From NCBI GenBank assembly GCA_030141605.1, contig JAQGDQ010000095.1:585353-649352 (forward strand): 64,000 nt of DNA, read 5' to 3'. Below, one piece after another: positions 51,801 through 64,000 of this stretch. The position numbers were made by a program, and so were the translations under genes. Each line of letters starts with the position of its first letter. Within the stretch, counting starts at the first letter, position 1. Source of the DNA: Tubiluchus corallicola. Its lineage: Eukaryota; Animalia; Priapulida. The notes below the pieces were generated by a model. The model had not been told where the DNA came from and searched no databases. It saw only the letters and a list, made by a program, of their open reading frames with translations.

Positions 51801-54800
51801 GCAACTACATTCAGAAACTAAGATTAAAGTTGTAACCTAAGCCATTAATATTATATGGTGTACTTGAAAGTTTACAATCACTAAGTTTAGAAGTTAAAAT
51901 GAGATATTTTCATTTTCATAGTAAAATGAGAAATGAGATATATTCACAATAAATCACTAGGAAACAGACATACTTGGCTGTGGATACAAAGTCGTTTAGT
52001 TCTCCATACTCTTCTAAGACGTCGAGAGTTCGAGCTTCACCGGTAGACTGCAGACCAATCACTGTGCACTATGAAAAATGCAACAGTTATAACAAACTTC
52101 ATATAACAAAAACACACACAAACATCCATTTCTGATTGGAAAACAGAAATAATATACATATTCACTAATAGGTAAAAAACAGAAGCCTAACTTCAATATC
52201 CATTATAATTTCGGGATTTCAGAACCTTAACTAAAGATGGAAAATCCTGGAACTGACACCTCTAATTATAATACCTTGCCATTTTTCACAGCTTCTCTCG
52301 AGATTTGTACAGCTCGTTTAACCTTTGCTGCAATGCAGAGATACTTGAAAAATCTCTGATGGGCAGACCAGAACTGACCCCACATTGTCTTGCGCAGCCG
52401 CTGCTCTGGGTCCATGAATTCTATGGCCTGTTGGAAGTAGGCCCGTGCCTTGACCCACTGAATATAAAAAACTGACGATTTAGAAGCAAAAATTTGCAAA
52501 AAGATACAGTTAAGCATTTACTGTTCACAAATTTCCATAGTTTATAATTTTGTACATTGCTGCAAAAAGTAACTGACAGAATTAATGTAGTCAAGAAAAT
52601 TACTCATAATCCTTTCACAGAGATACAGTGCTGTTACTTGCCTGAAATATGACTTTCTTCTGGAGATAAATTGTAAAAGGGATAAGTAAGGCATCAAAGC
52701 TTACCAGTTTTACCGATGCATCGTAGGTGTTAACAAAATCTTGCGTCAAAGAAATCTCCTCAATTTTGAAAGTTACTCCAGAAAAACTCAACTGGCGAGC
52801 AATATACATTCCCCGCATCTTCATATCCATGGCAACAATCTCCATGGCACCAACTCCTCTGCAGGCAGGAAAAGTTCAATTACATACAAACTGTTCATCG
52901 CACAAATAAACGGTTCAGGCAATGATAAAAAATCTGTGACTGCCTTGTATGTGAAAGTGTTTTTTCATACAGTTTAAGTCTGCAAGCTGGACCTCAGCAC
53001 TTAGTGGCACAGCTTACTTAATGTACAGGTAGTTGACGACTTAAGACCATAATCGGTTCCAGTGGATTAGTCGTAAGACGTATTGGACCTGTATATTCAA
53101 TGTATATTCAAAGCTGTGCGCACTAACATTTAAGATGATGTGTGTGTTCTTTGTGTGTGTGTGTGTGTGTGTGTGCGTGAGTGTGTGCGCGCGTGCACTT
53201 AGTATGGCGATGCCATGACGAATTTACCGACGAAGACAGAAATTTAATGTTAATTTGCTCAAGAAATAGAAGGAAATATGTATTATAGTAGGTTTCATAT
53301 AATTAATTAACTAAGATACGATCACTTTGATAAGGGTTGAACAGTCATAAGTCATAAGCTGACTATTACCTGGATAGATAATTGGGTGTTTTAGATCTAT
53401 AATCATTCTATTACCATAAAAACTTAGGTTGGTCAACTCTTAGTCGGACCACCTGCATGTTTTGAAATTGAAACAAATGAGTGTGTCCATTTTCTGACAT
53501 GTTTCACTTTTATTGCCAATCCAAAAAATAATTTACTCTTTACATTTAACTTCATAAATGAATAAAGGAAAGAAAAGGCTTAGAAAACTAGTCTTAAGTG
53601 TATAAGTGCTTTTAGTAAGACTTCCAGACTTACAAACAAATTTCAACACTTGCTTCGTAATTAACTAATGCTTTGTTGTAAGATATTTTATCTTTGCACA
53701 AGCTATTCGACACTCACCTTTTTTCAACAGCTTGTATAAAATCACTGAATTCCCTGAATGCTGTTTGTGGACCCCAAATCCCCAGCCTGGTCATGTAAGC
53801 CATGTTCTTTGGTTCAGACGCACCAGTAGCACTAGCATAAACAATCCTGGCTTTTGGTAATTGATTTTGTAGCTCCAGAACAGTTAAACCTGTTTTTGTT
53901 GGTTTTTGCGAACCAACCGGGCATAAGTTTTTTGCTTTGTGACATTCATCAAATACAATCTGAGAAAGCTTATTAAGAAAAAGACAGAACAAGCATTATC
54001 ACAATCAATCAAAACAAATTTTAATCTAAAGATAATTTGCCTAAAGCCATAAACTTTGAATGGTTGAGCAACGAGACTTGGTGAACTGGTAATACCTTAA
54101 CGAAGACACATGTTAGTGGGGCAGTTAGGACCACAAGCAGGTGACTCAAAGTCAGACCAATTTTCTTATGAAAGTCTTGCACTCTTACATCCTCCTAAAG
54201 CGTTTACCGCAGGTTGCTGAGAAGTGGAAATACAAAATAAGGGTTACTCTAGATTAGTGAGTCCAGCAGAGAAAGATAAATTATAAGAATAGAGGTCCAT
54301 ACAAGACTCTGCTTTTAGGCTACTATGTTAACCATTACACCACAGAGGCATTCTGACTTTTCACACCATAAGTGACTAGAGATCTACTACTACTAAGAGG
54401 TCTACTGAAAAGAGGTTTACTAAGTTAAATAGACTGATCTACTGGCAATTCATATGTAATCAAAGGGATTGAATTAAACGAAATGTTTCATTTCAGCGCA
54501 ATCTGAAATTTGTCCACTATTTGTTACATGAAATTTCCCCCTTTCAGTTAACGCGTTGAAAATATTAGAAATCACATCAGCAATCAAAACTGGAGGTAGA
54601 AAAATGCAATGAAACAGGAATCACATAGTGCTTGATAGTGTTATAAAAGGATACAACACCATCAAAGTCTGAACCACACCAGTGCAGCAGTTGTTTTAAT
54701 CTTGTGCGATATTTGTCATTGCTTTGACTCTCACCTATGAGAGATGAGTAGGTAGCAAAGACGACACCTTTCTTCACACTCCCATTAACTTTACTAGAAA

Positions 54801-57800
54801 TTTTGGCATACTTGAACTGAAACAAACATGTAAATCAGTTTATTCCTAGGAGTGTCACATCAATAAGTTTTATTGCAAAGTTAATTCCTCTGTAGCATTA
54901 TGCTGTAATACTCACTCCATATCAGTCAAATCATGCTGAATTTTTGATCAATATAAGGCCATTCTTTTAGCAAATTTACGTTATTTTATTCATTGTTAGA
55001 AATTTCTTGAATTTCCATACATTATTTAGAACTGATTGCTTAACAAATATTTTAAAAAATCTTCAGCTTATCTCTAAATAAAAACCACACACGAATCTTT
55101 GACACCAATTCTGCAATTGAAAATTGCATAACAAAAATATCAGTGCCATATGCAAAAGCAACAGTTAATCATACTTAAAACAAACAAATGTTACTGGTTC
55201 TCTTTTATAATTTCAGAACAGCTGAAAACTTCAGATTAGAGGGACACCAGTATCGTCACAGCAATCCTCAGGATCTGCATCATCATCAGTTTCCATTGGT
55301 AAAAGTGAATCAAGAAAAATGTATAGAAAAGTGTTTCAATAAACAAACCTTATTTAACGGGTGAACAGCAATCTTTCCAGCTCCAATGTCTTTCAAATCT
55401 CTCTCTGCATCGTATTTTAAATCATTTGAAACGCTTAACCTAATAAAAGAAAAAACACATAGTTTTCCATTATGTTTTGTATATGGAAACCACATGCAGA
55501 AAAACACACACATACTCACATGTTTTAATACACTGAATGGATTTTACATTTACCAAGTTGTGGCAGATGTCAAACAGTCCTGCAATGAGCTTTTTAAAAA
55601 GCCCATAACAATGGCAACCTACAATAGATACCTAAGAACTGCCTATCTAACACACATCTCTGTGTGATGCCATGGAAATTTATCTACCTGACTTCACTAA
55701 TGAAAATAAAATTATAGTATAATTACATTTAATAAAGTAAAGGCAGTTTTAAAGAAAAATTAGCATAAAAATACCTCACATTATTACATGCTATTCTAGT
55801 GTAAAAATAGTATTAAAATGCCTTCGTTCAACTGTTATTTTAGCTTTTCATTAAATAACGGAAATAGATTTTGTCAAGTAAATTACTGAAACACATTTAC
55901 CATAAAGCCCGCCTGCGTCCCATTAGGTAGTTTTCATAGATTATCCCTGCCAGTTCTCTACCTTTGCCCACACCAGCGCCATCTCCTATAAAAATTTAAA
56001 ATTACACAACACCAAGATAACTAAGAAGATACTAAAGTTAGCATGAGATTTGAGGAGAACAGCAACATACAGATATGTACTCAGTGTTGAAAAACTGAGT
56101 TACCGAAAGACAACGAAAAAACAAAATTTATGACAAGCACAAGAGGACTTAGCATACACACAGTAGCAAAGCTATTTAATGGTATACATCTCTCAAAGAA
56201 CTAAATCTGGATAAAGTCAATTGGCATTTTGGAGGTATGAACACTGATACACTCCCACAATACCTCTCTAACAATTCCGAATCAAACCAAGGCATAGTTT
56301 GTACTGATAATGCATCAATGTTCAGAAGTAGGAAGTAGAGCCACTGCTTGTAAACATAACTTGACAAATGTCAAAATAAAAAGAAATAAAATTACAATGC
56401 AAAAAGCAAACCTATAAGGAAACCAGCTCGCTGACCATCTGCTAAAAAAGTCTCATGCTTTTGACAGGCATAGACAATAGCTTCAAGTTGTAATGCTGAC
56501 AGATTTCCAGAGTCCATAACTTCTTCGGGTATCTGTAGCTGATACCAAACATCTGGTGGCTGTATACTGGCTAAAGAACTTGTTTCTACAACTGGGTCCG
56601 GATGTTTTATACCGATCTTGGCTAAAATAAGACAATTTCAAATGATTGATCGGAAAAATCATTTCTGTTTTTTAAAAAGTTGTTACAGATTATGTTACAA
56701 ACAATTGTTTTTAGTTCCATAAATGAACACATATAAAAAACTACATAGAGCACATTCTGTTTCTGCAACCACAATATTGCAGTCGAGAACTTCACAAAAA
56801 AGATGCATATTACTTGATTTACTACTCAATTCCAAAACTGAAGATTTTGTTTACAATTTTCGTTTAGTACAAGTTCCCTAATCTCTCTTCTATCTGCCCA
56901 CATTCTTTTCCTATTTCATTGTCATCTAGTGGCAACTTGTTTAATGTCACGTCGTTCAGAACTTTTCTTTTTGATTGGTTAAACTGACCCCTGTATTTAA
57001 AATTAGCATTTTAATCCAATTTAGGTGCAATCAGTAACTATACAAAGTGTCCAAGTCTTCTGTTAGTGCAAAGTTTTAACATGTTTTAGTATTCAGTTTA
57101 AATCACTGACAATATTTTAAACATGCTTTTGACTAATGTCTTTATTATACATTAATATATTAATATACGTAATGTTTTTTTTACATATATGTACCATAAC
57201 ACACTTTAAATACTTTTATTTCAGTAGTAAACTTGAATATACATTTGTGTATTGACTGAAGAATGACATTATTCTGTGGCTATTTGAAAAAGTCTGAGAA
57301 GCTGTTATGGTACTTGTAAATAATTTCCAGTAAAAAGCCACGATACTTCGAAACTTACATTTACTAGGCATATAATTGGCATACGTTTCTGCATGACCAA
57401 GTTCCTCCTCTTCTTCTTCTACCTCAGGATCTTCCTCCACTTCTGATTTAATAGCCTGCCAAAAATGTAGGGACACTTTAATTAATGACCACTCTAGCAG
57501 TGTTCACCAAATAATATGAGTTCACTAAGTAATATAAAACAATTTTATAGTGATGCAAAAAGTTCTAATTAAATATATAACACCTTTTTACTTATTATGA
57601 TGTTTATAATGACCACTGAATAAGGAAATTGCAGATTTTCATAATTCACATTTAAATCATACCAAAGGCGATAGGTTCCCAGCTTCTTTGAAATCGTCAT
57701 GGTAATTCCACAATCTGGTTAGATCACGACTAGAAAGTGTTGCCTTCAATGTCTTACTTGCTCTGTGTGAACTTGTCAGTAAATCATTTATTGACAAATC

Positions 57801-60312
57801 ACTAGATGTCACTTTTGTTTTAATGGCTGCAGACGGTTCAACAAAACTTGGAGGTTTGCAGTTCACAACAGGTATAACTGGCCGAGTAACACTCGACTGT
57901 GGTAGAGTTTCAGGTGGTTTACTCACTGAACTTGGAACTGCAAAGCTTGATACTACAGTTGATGGGTGGTTTGAGGAAGCAGTTGAATGACCAACGACTT
58001 GAGGCAATGAAGCCAAAGTTCTACTCATCACCTTTGGCATGGAAACACTAGGTGTAGAAAACTGTTCTGCATTTACGTGAACTGCATTTGAGCAACTGCG
58101 GCCATCACTGACAGCTGGAATTGTATGAACAACTGGCCGAATGCCATTTGGCCCAACAACATTAGCTTTTACTGTCACAGAATGTCCAGGGCGGGCTTGG
58201 CTCACAGTCTGTTTTAAAAATGTACTTTGTACAGGAGCAGTGGCGGAAGCCATACGAATATTACTTACAGCCAGTGGCTTCCCGAGAGTCGCACTTGCAT
58301 TAACAAGACCTCTACCAGCAACAGGTGTACCTTGATTTCTTCCAGCTATTACAGGCTGACTAGAAGATGATAATGGATCAAGTCTACTTGCAGTCATGGT
58401 TTTTAACAACCTTCGTACTGGTAACTGGTAGGATGTTGGAGCACCTCGGATGACCACCTTTTGCACTTCCTGACTAGTTTTTGCTATACTGGACTGTACA
58501 GTAGGTACAATTTTTCTGGTTCCAGGTGTATGTACACTGGACGAATTCATAATCCCAGCATTTTTCACTAAATCTGTAATGGCACTACATGTGTTTGGAA
58601 CACTGATTACTTTGACAGTTTTTGTAATGCCTTCAGGAGTTCTTAGGGTTGTTGGAATAACATGTTGGCCAGTTGCCTGCGCATTACTGGTGATGCGGAC
58701 AACTCTGTGAGGTGCATTCACAACTGTTACTGGTAATCCACTAGCTGTTTGAACCTAAAAAGTAAAATACGAATGAAATTGTCTTAAAATGGTTAAGGAA
58801 ATGTAGAACAGTAGAAGCCAGTGCAACCAGTTCAGGAAATCATCGTATGTGGTTGCCACGCAGGGCAAGAAATTCTTGCACTTTTTGCAAGTTATATTGT
58901 TTTTTGTGCTATTCCAAAGTTCTACCTTCAACAGAAAATGTTCCCCTAATCACTTTGACTGTTACAACTGTTCTGCTTAGCAGTCAAAAGAGTTTCACTA
59001 CTTTTCAGAGCTATCTTTAGTGTTCAAGTGCCCCAAGAGTTCACAGAAATGTTAACTAAACTTCTGAAAATCTCAAATACATGCCATGAGCAACAGATTT
59101 GTAGTCTAACACATTACAAGCTATAAAAATCAGAAACACAAGTATTATAATACACCATAGTGAAAAAAATTATATACAAAAAGAAACCCAGAAAATTAAA
59201 CAATTGGTTTTACAGAACAATGTGGCTTTAGAGATGTATAAAGTTCTCTAAATTCCAGGAAATAAGGCATTATCACTTTATATAATATAAAAAAAATCAC
59301 CTAATTAAAAAAGTACTAAGTATTCATTTATTAAAACAATGCTGCATTTTAGACTAGCTTTTATCAAAGCAATATTTACAGATTTATCTGAACAAATGAA
59401 CCATTTATTATCTAATATTATTGGCAAACAGGTATCTCAGCGAACAGTGATGCAATGCAGTTGTACCTGAACTAATGGAGTGCTACATGCAATGTTTAGC
59501 TTTGGCGAAGAAAACTGTTCATTGATATTTATTGCTGGTACTGTCGGTGATAATGGTTCAGCCTGTACCTGAAAATTTAAAAAGGTATTCAGAATATAGC
59601 TTTCCAAAATACAGGTTATAAGTGGCAAATCAACTATGGGAAAAATAAAAACAATGAAAAATGATTAGTGTAAAAGAAAAGTAAAATGCTATTATTTTAG
59701 TTACATCGAGTCATACATATAAAAAATATTTGCTAATATCTAGTCAGCTATCAACAACGAAGTGAAATTTTGATTAATTAGGTGCAAAAAATTTTGAATA
59801 CAAATCTTTTTCAATTAAACTGTTTGACCAATACATCAACAAGCACAGAGAAAGAACAAAAGTAATCATGCTACAAATGTTCATTTGCATAAATTTTGGT
59901 AATTCAAGTTTCCTTATTTTAAATATATCGGAATAAACACAAGAAGATTACAAAATAAAGAGGTTAAAATGCATCACACCGACTACCAATAACAATCATC
60001 AAAAATCGAACAGCAACAAGAGATTTAAATGAATCAATGTATATTGATAATTGCTTACGTGCTGACAAAATAAAAAATATGGTAGTAAGATGACGCCAGA
60101 CTTGCAAAACCTAACGTACTATAAAATTACAAGAACTTTTTGCATCTAGAATAATGAATCAATAGATAATAGTACAATGTTGAACTTCAGAAGGAAATAT
60201 TTTTTACAGTGAAGATTTATGGTACTTTAATTACCTGTACATCCTCTGCCGTGCTCTGCAGGAACTCTTCATTTAAGCCCGACTCATCAAGTGCAGCAGA
60301 AAGTAAATCCAT
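42840..60312 (-). CDS. SBNO1: Strawberry notch homolog (DExD/H helicase-like), 24 coding exons, ~1605 aa
   Basis: Exons 60235-60312, 59467-59568, 57663-58754, 57359-57455, 56412-56621, 55901-55985, 55349-55439, 54655-54816, 53718-53959, 52705-52858, 52275-52457, 51974-52068, 51318-51478, 50934-51140, 48672-48860, 48284-48465, 47819-47950, 47214-47449, 46195-46457, 45669-45815, 45236-45423, 44063-44301, 43404-43600, 42840-42925 total 4818 nt in frame. Motifs: [91 protein letters not shown]. Confidence 0.95.
44436..44589. mobile_element. Possible Tc1/mariner-pogo-type MITE remnant
   Basis: Repeated gcgcttact / gcttattc units ending in aaacgagtaaatacagta, which resembles pogo/Tc2-type termini. 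No clear partner TIR. Confidence 0.35.
49150..49932. mobile_element. Probable decayed hAT-like non-autonomous element
   Basis: Clusters of gtaat/attac subterminal repeats at both ends (49158-49230 and 49805-49910), and a right end ...tccacactg. The left terminus is not clear. Confidence 0.4.
51676..51875. repeat. Long inverted repeat (81-bp arms, 1 mismatch, 38-bp TA-rich loop)
   Basis: 51676-51756 is the reverse complement of 51795-51875 except for ctgaaagtag versus ctgaatgtag. Confidence 0.95.
53026..53372. mobile_element. Possible Tigger-like (Tc1/mariner) MITE with internal (TG)n
   Basis: ta|caggtagttgacgacttaagac at left and gtcataagctgactattacctg at right form degenerate TIRs; (tg)n at ~53152-53190. 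Confidence 0.45.
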
Positions 60313-61140
60313 GTGGGAGCTTCACTGCAGTAAAACCACTTAAAATTCGTTTAACTTACCATTTGCAGATTTTCTTATTATCCCGTTCTACAAAAATGAA
60401 CTGCAACAAAAAATTTCTTATAAATCCAAACATAAGGTAATTCAAGATTTTACTCCAAAAAAACCATAGCACAGGAGCAATGTTGATAAAAATAAATAAC
60501 AACAATTTACTGTAAACTAGAAAAAAGTGTGAGGTACTTTTTTTGTTTAGCATATTTTGCATTTATAATTATTGACTGTTGTCACATCACTAAACTACTG
60601 CTCAATGGGCTGAGTACTGAAGAAGCATTGACAAAACATGTGGGGTATTTGCATTTGCTGACTACTAACACATGTAAACACTAAATACCCATCATCAAAA
60701 TTTAATGAAGCCAATATGCTGATGAACGGAACTGGTAAGAGACTTCACTACTTGTGTAATTTATGCGCCAGGAAATTATTGTGAGGCTTTTCTTCCAACA
60801 TTAGCAGACGTTTTCAGAACGTATACATATTTATGGTTTAGAGTAAATAAAATTATAAATGATACTAGTACAAGTGTGATAGAAGACAGTTTTAGTGCTA
60901 AAAAAATGGTACCATGAAAATTTCGTACTAGGAAAGTTTGGTACTGGAAAATTTGGTATTAAACAAAAAGGAGAGCATTTCTACATCTCATTACAAAATA
61001 ATTATAACAACAGCAACGACGACAACAACAGTAACAATAACAACAATAGAAATAGCAACAAAACAACAATAACAGTAACACTAACAGCAATAATGTACAG
61101 CAAAAATAATAAAATAACAAATGCAACAATGACAACAACA

Positions 61141-61737
61141 TCTCGAGTAGATAAAATTACCGATGATGTTCATAGTTGTGCGGACAAGGTGATGGGTGTA
61201 TCTGCAAAAGTGAGCGAGCTAGAAAATTCGATTGACAACACCATTAATAGTAAGGTGAATTCCCAAATAGTAAATGAAGTGCAAGAAATGCGGGAACGTG
61301 AAAAAATAAAAACACGGCTTGTGTTAGGAAATGTACCCATGGTGGATTCTAATCTAAGCAAGCATGAGCTACAACAAAGAAACGATGAGATGATAAATGC
61401 TTTCTTGGATAAAATTGGTGTCAGTAATGTAAAGCCAGTTACCAATATATTTCGTCTGAAAGCTAAAGATCAAAAAGGTAACGACATGCTCAAATTCCAA
61501 GTTGAGTCTTATGCAGATAAAACAAGGATTTTAGAAGCATATCGTCAGACTTGTGATTCAGACAATTGTGAAATTGGAAATATGTTTGTGCGGCCAGATT
61601 TAACTTTCAAACAGCGTGAAGAAAGAAAGGTACTCATGAAGGAATTAGAAGAAAAGAAAAAACGTGAGCCGTCAAAAAACTGGAGCATCAACTACGCCAG
61701 AGGAGTTGTCTACGAATGGAAAAAGAAAAAGAACTAG
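61141..61737 (+). mobile_element. LINE (CR1-like) ORF1, 5'-truncated
   Basis: Coiled coil followed by EREKIKTRLVLGNVP ... FVRPDLTFKQREERKVLMKEL, typical of invertebrate CR1-type ORF1, directly upstream of an APE ORF. The track's 60895-61140 portion is (CAA/TAA) low-complexity DNA. Confidence 0.75.
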
Positions 61738-62549
61738 GTTGCAGTAAACAGCATCCGAAGAGATATTGTAACTCATGGAATAAAGTTAAGACTTATTCTG
61801 GGAATAACATTAATGTTTTGTATACTAATGCAGATCAATTCTTAAACAAGAGACAGGAATTAATTACAAAATTATTTCAGGATTCTACGATTTATCATGT
61901 AGTTGCAATTACGGAAGTGAACTCTAAATCTGGTGAAAATTACATAGACAAAACTGAGTTAACAATCCCGCGTTATAATATACCTATTTATAACTCTTGT
62001 GGCCGTGGTGTAGTTATATACGTTCATCAGAGTATTGACTTTTTTGAACTACATTGTAAATATTTTAAGTGTGCAGTAGGTGTAAAAATTAAACTTCAAG
62101 AGAATCAAAGTTTATGTATTCTCCTGATATACAGAAGTCCGTCCTCAACAATCAGTGATAATGCTAATCTTATTAAACTGATTTCATATGTCTGTGAATC
62201 TCACAAATCAAATATCTGTATTCTGGGTGACTTTAATTTACCAGGAATTGACTGGCAATTGGAGTTCTCCAATAATGCTGTGGAAAATGAGTTTTTAGAA
62301 TGCTTTGAGCTGAACATGTTATCTCAACACGTGAAATTTGCAACACGCTATCGCATTGGAAATGAACCATCTTTACTTGATCTAGTTTTTACTGAGCAAG
62401 ATGATTTGGTAAAATATTTGAGATCTAGTTCACCATTAGGTAATAGTGACCATGTGTGCTTGCATTTTAGTTTGAATGTAAATGTACTGCCAGTCAAAAT
62501 TCTACCTCAGAAGAAGATGTGTTTAAACAAAGTTAATTTCAGCAGGTAG
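61716..62549 (+). mobile_element. LINE (CR1-like) ORF2 apurinic endonuclease domain, truncated before the RT
   Basis: APE motifs VLYTNAD, AITEV, GRGVVIYV, IYRSPS, ILGDFNLPGIDW, LDLVFT, GNSDH. Homology stops at ~62545. Confidence 0.9.
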
Positions 62550-63187
62550 TAGTAGTAAATCTCCAGTAGTTATAATATAACTTTTGAGACAAATAGTTCT
62601 TCGACTGTAATTGCGACAAATTGCACATTTAATAGATTGTCATCAACACCTAGGTGACTCCACTGGCAAGTTTTCTCACTATAATATGTAATCCAGCATT
62701 CTTGTTATAGGCATGTTCCAATTAGCACGGTGATTAAATTTCAATGGATGATGTTCATAGTGTCTATCTAATTTTGATTTAAATAAATTTACAGATGTTG
62801 CTGTTCTCACATCACAGGGCAATCTATTCCAGATTTCTGGCATCGTACAAGAAAAATAGTCGTATTTACCAGTTTTGTGTGCAGTTCTTGATTTATGAAG
62901 AATAGGACCTGATCTTGCTGTACGATGTACTTCTAATTTAACAGGACAATCATCACAGCTGTAAACTCCAGATACATATTTGTATACATCAATTAGTTGG
63001 CCACGTAAACGTCTAAAAGCTAATGTAGTTAAACCTATTCGTTTTAACTGACTTTCATACGTCAAGTTCATTAGTTCCGGTAACATGTTGAAAGCTCTCA
63101 TTTGGACAGTTTCGACTGGGTCCACTATATATGCCCTAGGACTATTCCAAATACTACTTCCATACCACACTTTTGATCGCACAAGAT
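62546..63187 (-). mobile_element. 3' end of a CR1-like LINE in reverse orientation (ORF2 C-terminus, 3' UTR, (TAC)n tail)
   Basis: LVRSKVWYGSSIW...ETVQMRA...LTYESQLKRIGLTTLAFRRLRGQLIDVYK...WNRLPCDVRTATSVNLFKSKLD matches the CR1 post-RT region. The minus strand ends in tactactactac. Confidence 0.85.
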
Positions 63188-63189
63188 CT

Positions 63190-64000
63190 AAAAAAGATCC
63201 AAAATGTGATCCCATGAATTATCGCCCAATTTCCGTAATCCATTGTTTCGGCAAAGTTTGGGAAAGGGTAATTTATGATCAGATAAATTCATATGTAAAT
63301 AAACATGAACTTTTATCAAAACATCAGTTTGGCTTCCGTAAACACCATTCAACCATTGACGCCCTAATACACACAACAGAAAATTGGAGACATAGTTTAG
63401 ACAACAAGCAATACATTTTAGCAGCATTTTTGGATTTAAGTAAAGCTTTCGATAGCATTAATCACGAACTACTTTACGATAATTTAAAACAAATCGGATT
63501 AGATTCGATATCGTTAAAACTGATACAAAATTATCTCAAAGATAGACAACAACGAGTAAAGTTAGATACAACCAACTTTTCTGACTGGGCCACGTTAAAC
63601 AGAGGTATACCGCAAGGAACACTACTAGGTCCGTTATTATTTTGCCTATATATAAACAACATATCCAGTGTATTAAAACACTCACAAATAACGCAATACG
63701 CTGATGACACTACAATCTACATAGCCCATGAAAATGTCCAAACTGCAAAAAATTATTTAGAAGAAGATATAAAAAATATAAATATGGCATTTAGTCATTA
63801 CAAGCTAAAAATGAATAATGACAAAACAGAATTCATGATACTGTCACCCTCATTAAATACTAATGATGCATCATCAACCACTTTGACAATAGATAATGCT
63901 GTAATCAAACAAACTAACAATGTTAAATTCCTGGGCATACAAGTAGACAATAATCTTTCATGGGATGATCACTTTAATAACATATACACAAAAATGGCAT
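63190..64000 (+). mobile_element. Non-LTR retrotransposon reverse transcriptase (L2/Crack/Daphne-like), open to the window end
   Basis: Not in the ORF track because it has no stop before the window end. Reads NYRPIS, QFGFRKHHST, FLDLSKAFD, GIPQGTLLGPLLF, YADDT, KFLGIQVDNNLSW in one uninterrupted frame. Confidence 0.92.

Noticed and set aside
60325-60359. Apparent 35-nt gtaagt...ctgcag intron upstream of the SBNO1 ATG
   Set aside because: Implausibly short for this locus, and splicing it would only give ATG-TGA. The acceptor more likely pairs with a distant 5' UTR exon.
60895-61140. N-terminal part of the 280-aa ORF
   Set aside because: Low-complexity CAA/TAA sequence that happens to be in frame with the truncated LINE ORF1.
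62546-63190. Twin-priming inversion as the origin of the inverted LINE piece
   Set aside because: Twin priming joins fragments at their 5' sides, whereas here the 3' tail meets the 3' end of the APE fragment.

Overview
AT-rich, intron-containing animal (invertebrate-like) genomic DNA; the species cannot be determined from the sequence. I reconstructed five protein-coding genes by hand from GT-AG junctions and frame continuity: an ankyrin-repeat/SOCS-box gene (+, 637-4600); TMED2/p24beta (-, 8808-12610); a RILP-like gene (+, 13056-36257) divergent from TMED2; an SLC22-family transporter (-, 27588-34039) that appears to sit antisense inside the last RILPL intron; and strawberry notch SBNO1 (-, 42840-60312, 24 coding exons). 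The right end is a mosaic of LINE fragments, and MITEs, a SINE remnant, microsatellites and an 81-bp-arm hairpin lie in non-coding DNA. The most notable signal is a pair of tandemly duplicated 197-nt exons in the SLC22 gene. They look mutually exclusive and swap Thr for Glu at the position aligning to the human OCT1 pocket residue Q241. Also notable is the TMED2-RILPL-SBNO1 linkage, which recalls human 12q24.31. No database searches were run; all family comparisons are from recalled sequences.
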